Below are positions 39,538 through 49,959 of a stretch of DNA of 64,000 nucleotides, piece after piece. The stretch comes from Candidatus Omnitrophota bacterium. GTDB taxonomy: Bacteria > Omnitrophota > Gorgyraeia > Zapsychrales > Zapsychraceae. How positions within the stretch are numbered: the stretch's first letter is position 1; each line of letters starts with the position of its first letter. A program made the translations under genes and the position numbers. The DNA lies in the NCBI GenBank assembly GCA_015233115.1, contig JADFYJ010000001.1, positions 67,084-131,083 on the forward strand, in the 5' to 3' direction. The notes beneath the pieces are model-generated. The model was not told the DNA's origin and searched no databases. It saw nothing but the letters and a program-made list of their open reading frames with translations.

Positions 39538-40778
39538 AATTGCAATATCAGGTCATTATAGTGGGCGGTGGTCCAGCAGGAATGATGGCCGCTATTCGTG
39601 CGGCTGAACGAAATTTTTCAGTCCTATTAATCGAAAAAAATGATCAATTAGGTCGAAAACTTTTAATAACCGGTCATGGAAAATGTAATTTTACTCACAC
39701 GGGAGACCTTAATTATTTTTTATCTCAATATGTCCCCAACGGAAAAGTTTTGCGGGAGGCTTTAACAACATTTTCCAATGATGATTTAATCCAATATTTT
39801 AAAAAGTCTGATATTCCTTCCTATACCGATGAGGGCGGCCGTTTTTTTCCTAAGACTGACAGCGCGCAATCTTTACTCGACGTTTTGCGTCGGGCCATTC
39901 AAAAACTTAAAATAAAAGTCTTATTTTCAACTCAGGTTATTGAGTTGATGGTTAAAAATCAGAAAATTTATGGTGTTCGGTTAAATGAAGGGACTGAGAT
40001 TTTAGGCGATCATGTCGTTATTTCTACTGGCGGAAGATCATATCCTGCAACAGGATCTTCGGGAGATGGTTATCATCTGGCGCGTTCAATGGGACACACC
40101 GTTTCTGATGCGAAACCTGCTTTGGTTTCATTTAAATTGTTGGGGAATATTCCTGCGTTATTAGAAGGGATATCCCTTCCTGATATTGTTCTAAAATTCA
40201 GGATGGATAAAAAGTTTTGGCAAGAAAGGGGCGCGATCATTTTTACCGCTAAAGGTATATCCGGTCCTGCTGTTTTGAATCTTTCGCTTGTCACTACAGA
40301 TTATTTTCCTTCAGCTAATCCTATTTTTTTACACATGGATTTGGTTCCTAATTCAACGGAAGAACTTTTAAATGTTGAATTAACAAATATTTTTCTTACA
40401 CATGGCAAGGCACAAATAAAGACTGTTCTAGCCGAATATGTTCCTATGCGTTTGTGTGAAGAATTTTTGCGTTCTTTAAATATTGATCCTTTACAAAAAA
40501 CAGCCCAAGTGACAAAAAAACAAAAATTTTTGATTGTTGAAAAATTAAAAGATTGGCCATTTCAAATTTTAGCAATGGGGCCATGGACCAATGCCATGAT
40601 TACCAAGGGAGGAATTTTTGAAAAAGAAATTGATTTTAGAACCGGACAGTCAAAATTAGTAAATGGCCTTTACTTTGCAGGAGAAGTCATAGGTGTTTGC
40701 GGTAAAACCGGCGGGTTTAACCTCCAAATGGCCTTCTCCACAGGTTACCTGGTTGGAGAAAAAATTGTCTCTTTTTAA
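39534..40778 (+). CDS. HI0933/BaiN-family flavoprotein
   Basis: GGGPAG, GRKLLITGHGKCNFT, TGGRSYPATGSSGDGY, FAGE..TGGFNLQ. Confidence 0.93.
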   Translation: MKLQYQVIIVGGGPAGMMAAIRAAERNFSVLLIEKNDQLGRKLLITGHGKCNFTHTGDLNYFLSQYVPNGKVLREALTTFSNDDLIQYFKKSDIPSYTDEGGRFFPKTDSAQSLLDVLRRAIQKLKIKVLFSTQVIELMVKNQKIYGVRLNEGTEILGDHVVISTGGRSYPATGSSGDGYHLARSMGHTVSDAKPALVSFKLLGNIPALLEGISLPDIVLKFRMDKKFWQERGAIIFTAKGISGPAVLNLSLVTTDYFPSANPIFLHMDLVPNSTEELLNVELTNIFLTHGKAQIKTVLAEYVPMRLCEEFLRSLNIDPLQKTAQVTKKQKFLIVEKLKDWPFQILAMGPWTNAMITKGGIFEKEIDFRTGQSKLVNGLYFAGEVIGVCGKTGGFNLQMAFSTGYLVGEKIVSF

Positions 40779-40782
40779 ACTC

Positions 40783-40811
40783 TTGCGGAATTTTGATATT
40801 TATTCTATACT
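40783..40811 (+). promoter_or_regulatory. Sigma70-type promoter
   Basis: TTGCGG-17 bp-TATACT. Confidence 0.5.
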
Positions 40812-40844
40812 CTATATGTGTAATAGGACTAAAGGAGTACATGA

Positions 40845-43739
40845 ATGGCTGATACGGACAATAGAAAAGATAAATATAATGCAATCGCTCCTATTCCCCA
40901 ACAAACTTCCAAAACTATCCGCTGTCTTTTAATCGAAGATAATCCTATTGATTGCCGGCTTATTCAAGGTCTCCTAAAAAATTCTGTCTCTAACATTGAC
41001 ATAGTGTTTGAAGCTAATTTACAGACGGCTATGCGATTAGTTTTAGAACAAAATTTTGATATTATTTTATTAGACCTTATGCTCCCGGATAGTAGCGGCA
41101 TTGATACATTGAAAAAGATTGTGACTTTGGTTCCGCGTATTCCGGTTATTGTGTTAACTGGTCTTAATGATGAGCATATCGCGTTAAAAGCAATGCGTTT
41201 TGGCGCGCAAGATTATATTGTTAAAGGACAGTTTACTGGACGTATTCTCGAGAGAGCGGTTCAATACGCCATTGAGCGCAAGAGAGCCCAAGGGAAGTTA
41301 TCTGATTTTCAAAATTTTGCTGAAGTCGCGGGATATGGCTTTAGTATGTCAGATGCGGAAGGCCGGATCTTGTATGCTAATCAGGCTTATTGCAAAATGC
41401 TTGAGGAAGATTTAGAAGAAGATTTGATCGGACGTAATTTTTTTGAGTATTATCCTGTTGAAAAGCAAGCCTATGTCAAAAATGTCCTCATGCCGCAAGC
41501 CTTCAAAACTGGTCAATGGGCGGGAGAAATTGATTTAAAAAGCCGCCGCGGCGTTTTGTTTTCCGTTATTCAAAATATTGTTGTTGTTAATGATCGCCAC
41601 GGTCAGCCTTTATATATCGGTAACGTCTGTATTGATATTTCTGAACGCAAAAAAATTGAACAAAAGCTTTTAACCAGCGAAAAAAAATATCGCGAATTAT
41701 ATGAGACCATGGTTTCCGCTATGGCCCAGCATAAAATTGTTTTGGATGCGACCGGTAACCCGGTTGATTACGTTTTTATTGATGTGAATCCGGCTTTTGA
41801 AAAAATGACCGGGTTAAAAAAAGAAGACATTGTTAATCGGTCAGTGACTGAAGTTTTTCCTAATATTAACAAATCATCTTTTGATTGGATTGGGGTTTAT
41901 GGAGAAGTCGCTTTAGGGGGAAATCCTCGTCAACTTGAACAATATTTTGAACCTTTCCAAAAATGGTTTTCCATTTTAGTATACAGCCCTCAAAAGGGAT
42001 CATTTATTACTTTATTTTCAGATATTACGGAACAAAAGCTCATACAAAAAGAGTTAAGGAATTCAGAACAACGATATCATGGCTTGTTTGAAGGCATCAT
42101 GGACGGGGTCATTATTATGGATGAAAACAGTTTGATTATTGAAGCTAATCCTGCGTATCTGAAAATGCTGGGCTATGAATTAAATGATATCCGAGGGAAA
42201 AGCGTTGAAGATTTAACTCCCGCTAAGTGGCATCAATGGGAAAGAGAAGAAGTTTTTAAAGATCAACTTTTGGATCGGGGTTTTTCAGAAGCTTATCAAA
42301 AAGAATATATACGTAAAGATGGCGCCATTATTCCGGTTGAGCTACGGGCTTATGCTATTCGTAATGAAGATAATGAAACAATAGGATTCTGGGCCATTGT
42401 CAGAGATTTGACGGATCAAAAGCGTTCTGACGAAAAAATGAAAAAATTATTTTTTTATGACCGGTTAACTGGTTTACCTAACCGTATGTTGGCGATAGAT
42501 CGTGTTTCGCAAGTTATTGCCCGTCTAAAACGCGATGTGGGTAAAATGGTGGCAGTATTAGTGATTGATCTTGATCAATTTAAATTAGTGAATGATACAT
42601 TAGGGCATTTTTGTGGTGACCAATTGTTAATTGAAGCATCACAGCGGTTACAAAGTATAGTCCGGGAAAGCGATACCGTCGCGCGTTTGGGCGGAGATGA
42701 ATTTTTATTGGTTTTACCGGAAATCGATGATGAAGAACATGCTGTTATTGTGGCACAAAAAATATTGGACGCTTTTGCTCAGCCTTTCGAATTGGAAAAA
42801 CGCGAAGTATTTGTGTCGGCCAGTATTGGAATAGCTGCTTATCCAAATGATGGCATAAATTCAACGGAATTGCTGAAGAACGCGGATGCGGCTATGTTCA
42901 AAGCCAAGGAGGACAGCCGTAACACATTTAAATTTTTTGCTCCACAAATGAATGAGAAAGCCAATGTCCGTCTGCGTATGGAAACTCGATTGCGTAGGGC
43001 CATAGATCAAAATAATTTAATCTTACACTATCAGCCTATTTATGATATTAATTCACGCAAATTAATCGGCGCGGAAGCATTGTTGCGTTGGAATGATCCG
43101 GAATTAGGACTAGTCATGCCAAATGATTTTATTCCTTTGGCTGAGGAAACTGGCTTAATTGTTCCGATTGGAGAGTGGGTTTTAAACCAGGCTTGTTTAC
43201 AAGCGAGAAAATGGAGTCAATGGTTTGAAATGCCTTTTAAAATTTCTGTCAATGTTTCTTATAGGCAATTCGTAGGCAGTGATTTCGCGAAAATTGTGGC
43301 TGATGCGTTAAAGCATTCTGGTTTGAATGCGAATCAGTTGGAATTAGAAATAACCGAACGTTTATTGCTCCAGAATCCTGAGGCAGTTGGAAAAATTTTG
43401 CATCGTATAGTTGATACGGGGGTGAATTTAGCTATCGATGATTTTGGTACGGGATATTCCAGTCTTCATTATTTGAAAAAATACCCATTTCATACCTTAA
43501 AAATTGATCGTTCATTTATCGTTGATATGAAAATTGATTCTTCTGATGTCGCGCTTCCATCCGCTATTATTGCCCTTGCGCATACGTTGAATTTAATGGT
43601 GGTGGGAGAAGGTGTTGAAACAGAGGAACAATTGGAGTTTTTACGTTTTCAGGGTTGTGATTGGGCACAAGGATTTTTCTTCGCCAAGCCGGTTTCTGAA
43701 AAAGAATTTGAAGCCATCGCCAAATTAAAACACTTCTAA
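40845..43739 (+). CDS. REC-PAS x3-GGDEF-EAL protein
   Basis: Intact GGDEF, EALLRW, DDFGTGYSS, EGVE motifs. Confidence 0.95.
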   Translation: MADTDNRKDKYNAIAPIPQQTSKTIRCLLIEDNPIDCRLIQGLLKNSVSNIDIVFEANLQTAMRLVLEQNFDIILLDLMLPDSSGIDTLKKIVTLVPRIPVIVLTGLNDEHIALKAMRFGAQDYIVKGQFTGRILERAVQYAIERKRAQGKLSDFQNFAEVAGYGFSMSDAEGRILYANQAYCKMLEEDLEEDLIGRNFFEYYPVEKQAYVKNVLMPQAFKTGQWAGEIDLKSRRGVLFSVIQNIVVVNDRHGQPLYIGNVCIDISERKKIEQKLLTSEKKYRELYETMVSAMAQHKIVLDATGNPVDYVFIDVNPAFEKMTGLKKEDIVNRSVTEVFPNINKSSFDWIGVYGEVALGGNPRQLEQYFEPFQKWFSILVYSPQKGSFITLFSDITEQKLIQKELRNSEQRYHGLFEGIMDGVIIMDENSLIIEANPAYLKMLGYELNDIRGKSVEDLTPAKWHQWEREEVFKDQLLDRGFSEAYQKEYIRKDGAIIPVELRAYAIRNEDNETIGFWAIVRDLTDQKRSDEKMKKLFFYDRLTGLPNRMLAIDRVSQVIARLKRDVGKMVAVLVIDLDQFKLVNDTLGHFCGDQLLIEASQRLQSIVRESDTVARLGGDEFLLVLPEIDDEEHAVIVAQKILDAFAQPFELEKREVFVSASIGIAAYPNDGINSTELLKNADAAMFKAKEDSRNTFKFFAPQMNEKANVRLRMETRLRRAIDQNNLILHYQPIYDINSRKLIGAEALLRWNDPELGLVMPNDFIPLAEETGLIVPIGEWVLNQACLQARKWSQWFEMPFKISVNVSYRQFVGSDFAKIVADALKHSGLNANQLELEITERLLLQNPEAVGKILHRIVDTGVNLAIDDFGTGYSSLHYLKKYPFHTLKIDRSFIVDMKIDSSDVALPSAIIALAHTLNLMVVGEGVETEEQLEFLRFQGCDWAQGFFFAKPVSEKEFEAIAKLKHF

Positions 43740-43967
43740 TTGTAGCTTGCCGTTAATCAAAATAATTTTTCATAGCAATATTTTTACTTTATGATATTCT
43801 AGTTTTCAATAAATTTGATTAAATAATTATAAGTAATTTAAGATCTCTCACCTAACGGTTCGATATCCTCAAAAAATTACTTCGTAATTTTTTTCGGAGA
43901 GGGCCGTTAATCCGGATGTTGTTATAGAAACGGCACAAATCCCGGATATTTGATAAAAGTATTTTTA

Positions 43968-44052
43968 GGAGAGGTGGCAGAGCGGTTGAACGCGCACGCT
44001 TGGAAAGCGTGTGACTCGCAAGGGTCCCAGGGTTCGAATCCCTGCCTCTCCG
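43968..44052 (+). tRNA. tRNA-Ser(GGA)
   Basis: CACGC-TTGGAAA-GCGTG anticodon arm, long variable arm, GGTTCGAATCC; CCA not encoded. Confidence 0.97.
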
Positions 44053-44261
44053 TTTTAAATTTAATCAGCAAAGGGATGAGAACCCAAAAGGGGTTAGTAA
44101 GGGGAAAGCTTGTTTCCCCTTTTCTCTAGAGGGGTGACACCCCTGCCGTTTTGATTCGTAATCAAGAATACAAAACGAATCAGCAGGGGGCCAGAGGCTG
44201 AGTGACCCCCTATGGAGAGGATGAGCGAATAGCGAATCCGAGTTCGTTTCCCTGCTCTCCG
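44053..44261 (+). repeat. Diverged copy of the 166-bp tRNA-linked repeat with an extra hairpin
   Basis: GGGATGAGAACCCAAAAGGGGT...GAGTTCGTTTCCCTGCTCTCCG; insertion at 44140-44189. Confidence 0.9.
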
Positions 44262-44303
44262 TTTATTTTTATATCGTCCTTGATGAGAATTCTATAATCA
44301 TCT

Positions 44304-44840
44304 ATGAAACACAAAATTTTACCTGTCACAAAAAAAACTGATATCCCCAAAGAATACCGCGATAATCCTATTGGTTTATTGCTGGAATATCATAATTTGA
44401 ACCGTGAATTTGACGCTTATTTGCAGGCACGATTACTTATTGGCATGTGTATGGATAATCGTAAGCATTTGCATATGCCGGATAATTTTGCTTTTATCAT
44501 CCGATCTGGAGGCGCAAATTTACGTTATAGTGAATTTAAAGTTTCGTATGCGATTTCTGTGGGCCAAGTTGAGCATATCGCGTTGATTGGACATAATCAT
44601 TGCGGCATGGTTAATTTAGTCTCTCGTAAAGAAGAATTTATTAACGGCTTGGTTGAACGCGCGGGTTGGAGTAAGGACGCGGCGGAAGAACATTTCATGA
44701 ATTTGGCATTGATGCATGAAATTGGTAATGAAATTGATTTTGTCATGAGCGAGACGAACAGACTGCGTAAAAGATATCCCAAAATTAAAGTGGCTCCCTT
44801 GTATTATCAAGTAGAAGATAATCAGTTATACTGCCTTTAG
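44304..44840 (+). CDS. Beta-carbonic anhydrase-like protein
   Basis: Zn ligands CMDNR and HNHCGM; IRSGGAN. Confidence 0.85.
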   Translation: MKHKILPVTKKTDIPKEYRDNPIGLLLEYHNLNREFDAYLQARLLIGMCMDNRKHLHMPDNFAFIIRSGGANLRYSEFKVSYAISVGQVEHIALIGHNHCGMVNLVSRKEEFINGLVERAGWSKDAAEEHFMNLALMHEIGNEIDFVMSETNRLRKRYPKIKVAPLYYQVEDNQLYCL

Positions 44841-44947
44841 CTTCGATTATTTGGACCTTTTATTCCCATTGCTTTATTTCATTAAGAGTGTGATAATACG
44901 TCCGCTATTGAAGACTATTCCAGGGAGTGGTGTTCTAGCAACACTTT

Positions 44948-47900
44948 ATGAATCTCACCAAAAATAATCCTAGTTATATCGTCTGTATCGGCGCGTCTGC
45001 CGGCGGACTGGAAGCATTGATTTCGTTTTTAAAATGCTTGCCTAAAACTACAAATATGGCGTATGTGCTGATTCAGCATCTGGAACCACAGCATAAAAGC
45101 GCGTTATCAGAGATTCTTTCCCGAGAAACAATTTTGAATGTCTGTGAAGCCAAGAATAATACAAAAGTCGAAGCAGGACATGTCTATGTTATTTCGCCTA
45201 ATACTCTGCTGGCCATTTCAAAAGGGTTTTTAAAAATTACTTCCCGGATAAAACGCATTGATGGGAGATATTTACCCATTGATTATTTTATGACCTCCTT
45301 GGCTAAAGATCAAGGTCCTAAGGCTGTTGGTATTATTCTTTCAGGGACAGGATCAGATGGGACTCTCGGGGCTAAAGCGATTAAAGATCAGGGAGGTATG
45401 GTATTTGCGCAAAATAAAATAACGGCGCGGTATTTTGGGATGCCGGGAAGTGTTATAGCGGGCGGATTGGCGGATTTTGTGTTGCCGCCTGATAAGATGG
45501 GGAAAAAACTTTTGCGTTTGGAAACCCATGAATACATTTCATCTTTAAAACCAACTATTAAGAGTCCTGATGAATCAGATTATCTTAATCGGATCCTTGT
45601 GTTACTTCGTGATCGAACGGGTGTGGATTTTATTCATTATAAGAAAAATACGATTGGTCGTCGAATTGAACGAAGGATGCTCTTTCATAATCTTAAAAAT
45701 CATGCGGATTATTATAACTATCTTAAAAAAAATCCGGTTGAAGTCGAAGCTTTGCGTCAGGATATTCTTATTCCCGTTACGTCTTTCTTCCGCGATCCTA
45801 AGCTATTCGCGGCAATTGCAAAAAAAGTGTTCCCACATATTACGCGTAAACGTTCCCCGCAAAATCCTCTTCGTTTATGGGTGACTGCCTGCTCTTCGGG
45901 GGAAGAGGTTTATTCTCTGGCTATATTCTTTTATGAGGCTATGGAAAAAAAGCAGATTAAGCCTTGCCTGCAGATTTTTGGGACGGATTTAAGTGAAATG
46001 CATATCAATAAAGCGCGCGCTGGTTTATATACCAAAGATATTTCTGACCATGTTTCCGCTGAACGTTTGCGGCGGTTTTTTGTGAAAACTGAGACAGGCT
46101 ATAAAATTGCTAAACCTATACGGGAACTCTGTATATTTGCTAAGCATGACATAACCAGCGACCCGCCATTGTCTAATATGGATATGGTGAGTTGCCGGAA
46201 CCTTCTTATTTATCTCGATTCATTTTTACAAAATAAAGCATTGTCAACGCTGCATTACGCGCTTAAACCCAATGGTTTTCTAATTCTGGGATCAGCGGAA
46301 TCAGTCACGGCCGTGCCGAATCTTTTTACGGTGGTTGATCAAAAACAAAAAATTTATTTAAAAAATATTTTAAGTCGGAAAATTATACCTGATATGAAAA
46401 AGAAACCTATTATATTGAATGCCCCCAAGAACCGGAACGCGGCAAAAAAAAATTATCCTAAACTTAGTCCAAATAAGCCCAGTAAAGTGACTGATTTTAA
46501 AATGCAAGAATTCGATAAAATAATTTTAGGAGATACGAAGAAGGACATAGCGAAGTTAAAAAAAGAATTCGGCCGGACAGTGGAACGTTTGAACGCGGTG
46601 AATGAGGAAAAAGATACTTTTAACGAAGAGCTAAAGGCAGCGAATGAAGAAGTTCAATCCAGCAATGAAGAATTGCAAAGCATGAATGAGGAGCTGGAGA
46701 CCTCTAAAGAAGAACTGCAATCGACCAACGAAGAATTGCTGACGCTTAATGAGGAATTGCAGAATAAAAATGGAGAGTTATTACGGCTTAACAGTGATTT
46801 GAGCAATGTTTTCGCCAGCACGAATATTCCTATTATTATCGTAGGTAATGATCTGTGTATCAAACGTTTTACACCGATGGCGCGAAAAGTGATGAACCTG
46901 ATCGCGACGGATGTCGAGCGTCCGATCGGTGATATTAAACTCAACATTGATGTCCCTAATTTAGAAGAAATCCTGCGTGGCGTCATCGAAGATATGGTTC
47001 CTAAAGAATCAGAAGTTCAAGACAAAGAAGGGCGATGGTATTGCATGCGTCTGAGGCCGTACCGGACGTTGGATAACAAAATTGACGGAGCGGTCATGAC
47101 CATGATCGATATTGATGTCATTAAGCGCAGTAATGAAAAAATAGAAAGCACTCTTAAATATACTCAGGCTATTATTGAAACCATGCGGGAACCTTTGGTC
47201 GTTTTGGATAAAGACGCCCGTATTTTATCCGCGAATAAATCTTTCTATGGCTTTTTTAAAACCACGTTAACTGAGACGGAAAATAAACTTTTATATGAGG
47301 TTGCGGGGCAGCATTGGGACAAACCAGAACTGCGGAAATTACTCGAGGATGTGTTACCGAAAAAAAGTCATTTTACGGATTTTGAAGTGACCATTGATTT
47401 TCCGAATATCGGCGTTAAAACCATAATTCTTGATGGTCAGCAGATTAAGATGCGCGGTCAAGAGCAACCCATGATCCTTCTGGTCATGGAAGATATCACA
47501 AAACGCAGAAAAGCGGAAGATGTTTTGAAACGTGATAGCGAAACTTTGGAAAAATTAGTTAAGGAACGAACTCAGGAAGCCATGGATCTGCAGATAAAAC
47601 TGGCACGGGAGAAACATCTTTCTGATTTAGGAACCATGGCCGCTACGGTCGCGCATGAATTGCGCAATACTTTGGCAGGGATCAGTGTAGCCGCGTATAA
47701 CATTAAGAAGAAGGTCAATGATCCCAAGGTTGAAGGGAATTTTAATGTTATTGATAAAAAAATATTAGAGGGTGATCATATTATTAATAATGTTTTATCG
47801 TATTCGAAAATTAAGATATCCCACTTAGGCGCAGTCAAAATCAATTATGTTCTTGAATTATGCATGACGGAATTACGTAACAAAGTCGTGAGCCATGGTG

Positions 47901-48304
47901 TATCCATTTATAACCAGACCAGTCTCACGAAGGATCTTTTTATTGAAGCGGACTCCATTCAAATTCGTGAAGTATTTTCAAATATTTTGAACAATGCCAT
48001 TGACGCAGTTAAAAAAGATGTCGGTGTTATAGATATTGAATCAAAAATTAATAATTCTGACGTAACTATTGTCATAAAAGATAATGGTGAAGGGATTGAT
48101 AAAGAAGATTTGAAGAAGGTTTTGAATCCTTTTTTCACGACCAAAGCAAATGGAACAGGGCTAGGGTTAGCCGTATGTAATCAGATTATTATGTTGCATG
48201 ACGGTTCAATTGCGATTGAAAGTGAAAAAGGTAAAGGTACCATCGTACAGGTTAGATTGCCAATATATAGGAGTAAAACCGCAGAAAATGATGTTACGCC
48301 GTAA
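44948..48304 (+). CDS. CheB-CheR-PAS-histidine kinase fusion
   Basis: CheB triad (ASAGG, IQHL, GSDG), CheR (ACSSGEE, CRNLLIY), NEEL repeats, PAS, AHELRN, HATPase. Confidence 0.93.
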   Translation: MNLTKNNPSYIVCIGASAGGLEALISFLKCLPKTTNMAYVLIQHLEPQHKSALSEILSRETILNVCEAKNNTKVEAGHVYVISPNTLLAISKGFLKITSRIKRIDGRYLPIDYFMTSLAKDQGPKAVGIILSGTGSDGTLGAKAIKDQGGMVFAQNKITARYFGMPGSVIAGGLADFVLPPDKMGKKLLRLETHEYISSLKPTIKSPDESDYLNRILVLLRDRTGVDFIHYKKNTIGRRIERRMLFHNLKNHADYYNYLKKNPVEVEALRQDILIPVTSFFRDPKLFAAIAKKVFPHITRKRSPQNPLRLWVTACSSGEEVYSLAIFFYEAMEKKQIKPCLQIFGTDLSEMHINKARAGLYTKDISDHVSAERLRRFFVKTETGYKIAKPIRELCIFAKHDITSDPPLSNMDMVSCRNLLIYLDSFLQNKALSTLHYALKPNGFLILGSAESVTAVPNLFTVVDQKQKIYLKNILSRKIIPDMKKKPIILNAPKNRNAAKKNYPKLSPNKPSKVTDFKMQEFDKIILGDTKKDIAKLKKEFGRTVERLNAVNEEKDTFNEELKAANEEVQSSNEELQSMNEELETSKEELQSTNEELLTLNEELQNKNGELLRLNSDLSNVFASTNIPIIIVGNDLCIKRFTPMARKVMNLIATDVERPIGDIKLNIDVPNLEEILRGVIEDMVPKESEVQDKEGRWYCMRLRPYRTLDNKIDGAVMTMIDIDVIKRSNEKIESTLKYTQAIIETMREPLVVLDKDARILSANKSFYGFFKTTLTETENKLLYEVAGQHWDKPELRKLLEDVLPKKSHFTDFEVTIDFPNIGVKTIILDGQQIKMRGQEQPMILLVMEDITKRRKAEDVLKRDSETLEKLVKERTQEAMDLQIKLAREKHLSDLGTMAATVAHELRNTLAGISVAAYNIKKKVNDPKVEGNFNVIDKKILEGDHIINNVLSYSKIKISHLGAVKINYVLELCMTELRNKVVSHGVSIYNQTSLTKDLFIEADSIQIREVFSNILNNAIDAVKKDVGVIDIESKINNSDVTIVIKDNGEGIDKEDLKKVLNPFFTTKANGTGLGLAVCNQIIMLHDGSIAIESEKGKGTIVQVRLPIYRSKTAENDVTP

Positions 48305-48407
48305 AAAGGGTTTGTTTTTATTTTTTCTTAGTTGTAATAAAACACCATTCTTGTATAATTTATAAAAATTATTTCAATCATGTTGAATTAATGAAGGGAG
48401 AACATTT

Positions 48408-49154
48408 ATGCTTTCTTCCAAACAACATCGTTTTGGCTGGGTTCCGGATATTCCAGATTCACGGGACTTGTTGTATGCGGCGGTCAGCCCCGCGATTAAA
48501 TTACCTGCCGTTGTTGATTTGCGGGAAAATTGTTCTATCGTCGAAGATCAGGGACGTTTAGGCAGTTGTACGGCGAACGCGCTGGCTGGCAATATTGAGT
48601 TTCTGGATAAGGATGCAGATCAAAAATATACGGATGTAAGCCGGTTATTCATTTATTACAACGAACGCGTGATCCGCGGTATGACGGCAACTGATTCCGG
48701 GGCCATGCTGCGGGATGGGATAAAAACTTTAGTTAAAAACGGGGTTTGTTCTGAAAAAATATGGCCATATGTGATTGAGCGTTTTACGGATAAACCAACC
48801 CAGAAATGTTATAATGAAGGGCTTAAACACCGGATTCTTTCCTATCATCGTATTCAGACTCTTAATGAAAAATTGATTTGTCTGGCTGATGGTTTTCCGT
48901 TTGTTCTTGGATTTACGGTTTATGAGAGTTTTCAATCTTTAGAGGTGGCTAAGACCGGGATTATGAATTTGCCTAAGAAAACCGAACGCGTTTTGGGTGG
49001 CCACGCGGTATTGGCTGTAGGTTATAACCTGAAAGATAAACGTTTCATCGTACGGAATTCCTGGGGAGACCAGTGGGGCCAGAAAGGATATTTCACCATG
49101 CCTTTCGATTACATGGAAACATTAGCACGGGATTTTTGGACGATACGTAAATAA
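48408..49154 (+). CDS. Papain-like (C1A) cysteine protease
   Basis: DQGRLGSCTANA, GGHAV, RNSWG..WGQKGY. Confidence 0.93.
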   Translation: MLSSKQHRFGWVPDIPDSRDLLYAAVSPAIKLPAVVDLRENCSIVEDQGRLGSCTANALAGNIEFLDKDADQKYTDVSRLFIYYNERVIRGMTATDSGAMLRDGIKTLVKNGVCSEKIWPYVIERFTDKPTQKCYNEGLKHRILSYHRIQTLNEKLICLADGFPFVLGFTVYESFQSLEVAKTGIMNLPKKTERVLGGHAVLAVGYNLKDKRFIVRNSWGDQWGQKGYFTMPFDYMETLARDFWTIRK

Positions 49155-49162
49155 TAAAAATA

Positions 49163-49332
49163 GTATGTGGTATGTAGTATGTAGTGAAAAATACGTATAA
49201 AATAGCAAGGCATAACTAATTATTGAAATAAAAAACAGATTTGTTTTTTGCGCTTTTCCAGTAAAGAATTTTAACGATATATTATTTTTTCAAAAACAAT
49301 TATATCTTTACTACATACGACATACTACATAC
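49163..49332. repeat. Inverted heptamer-array element (GTATGTR x3 ... KACATAC x3)
   Basis: Left GTATGTG GTATGTA GTATGTA (49163-49183); right TACATAC GACATAC TACATAC (49312-49332); same unit as 3388-3519. Confidence 0.85.
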
Positions 49333-49350
49333 GCATAATTGGATAAAAAT

Positions 49351-49905
49351 ATGGATTTAGAGAAACTTTGGGAAAAAGCGCTTAAGAATACGGAGATTAT
49401 CCGCTCACGGATCCAGGGCATGTCAGCTTTGGCAGATACGCGGGTTCCTTATATTTTGCTTTCTGAATCGGAAGTCGATCAACACGATACAGTCATCCGT
49501 AAAGGGGAATTAATCGTACAGAAACCATCATTGGTTATTCCGCCGTTTAATCCGCAATTTAATGGTTTTGAATTTGAAAAGGATTTATCGGTCAATCAAA
49601 ATTCTTTCGTTAATTTTTTGATTGTGCGGGGAATCAGCATGCCGTCTTTTCTTTACGACAATCAGGCTGGTTCACTGGATATTTGTGAAATCAGTTTGAG
49701 CAAAGCGATTAAGGATCAATTGACTGCATTACAGCAGAAAGAGGATGTGATGACCGGACTTATTGCTGGCCCGTCAGATTGTTGGCAAATGTCTTTAATT
49801 ATTTTTATTTGCACACAAATTTTACGCAATACAGAAACAGATTTTCGGCATTTATTAGAGCAATATAGAAAAAGTGATAGAGGTGATAAAGGAAAAATCG
49901 ATTGA
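49351..49905 (+). CDS. Hypothetical protein
   Basis: Long ORF with normal composition; likely ATG 49351. Confidence 0.7.
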   Translation: MDLEKLWEKALKNTEIIRSRIQGMSALADTRVPYILLSESEVDQHDTVIRKGELIVQKPSLVIPPFNPQFNGFEFEKDLSVNQNSFVNFLIVRGISMPSFLYDNQAGSLDICEISLSKAIKDQLTALQQKEDVMTGLIAGPSDCWQMSLIIFICTQILRNTETDFRHLLEQYRKSDRGDKGKID

Positions 49906-49959
49906 ATGGAAAAATAATTTAATAATTATTGAATACTTGATAATAAGGTAAGGATTTTT

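Noticed and set aside
26629-44261. tRNA 3'-end duplications as attL/attR of prophages or islands
   Set aside because: The duplicates lie only about 100-210 bp from the tRNA and no integrase or phage gene is in the window.
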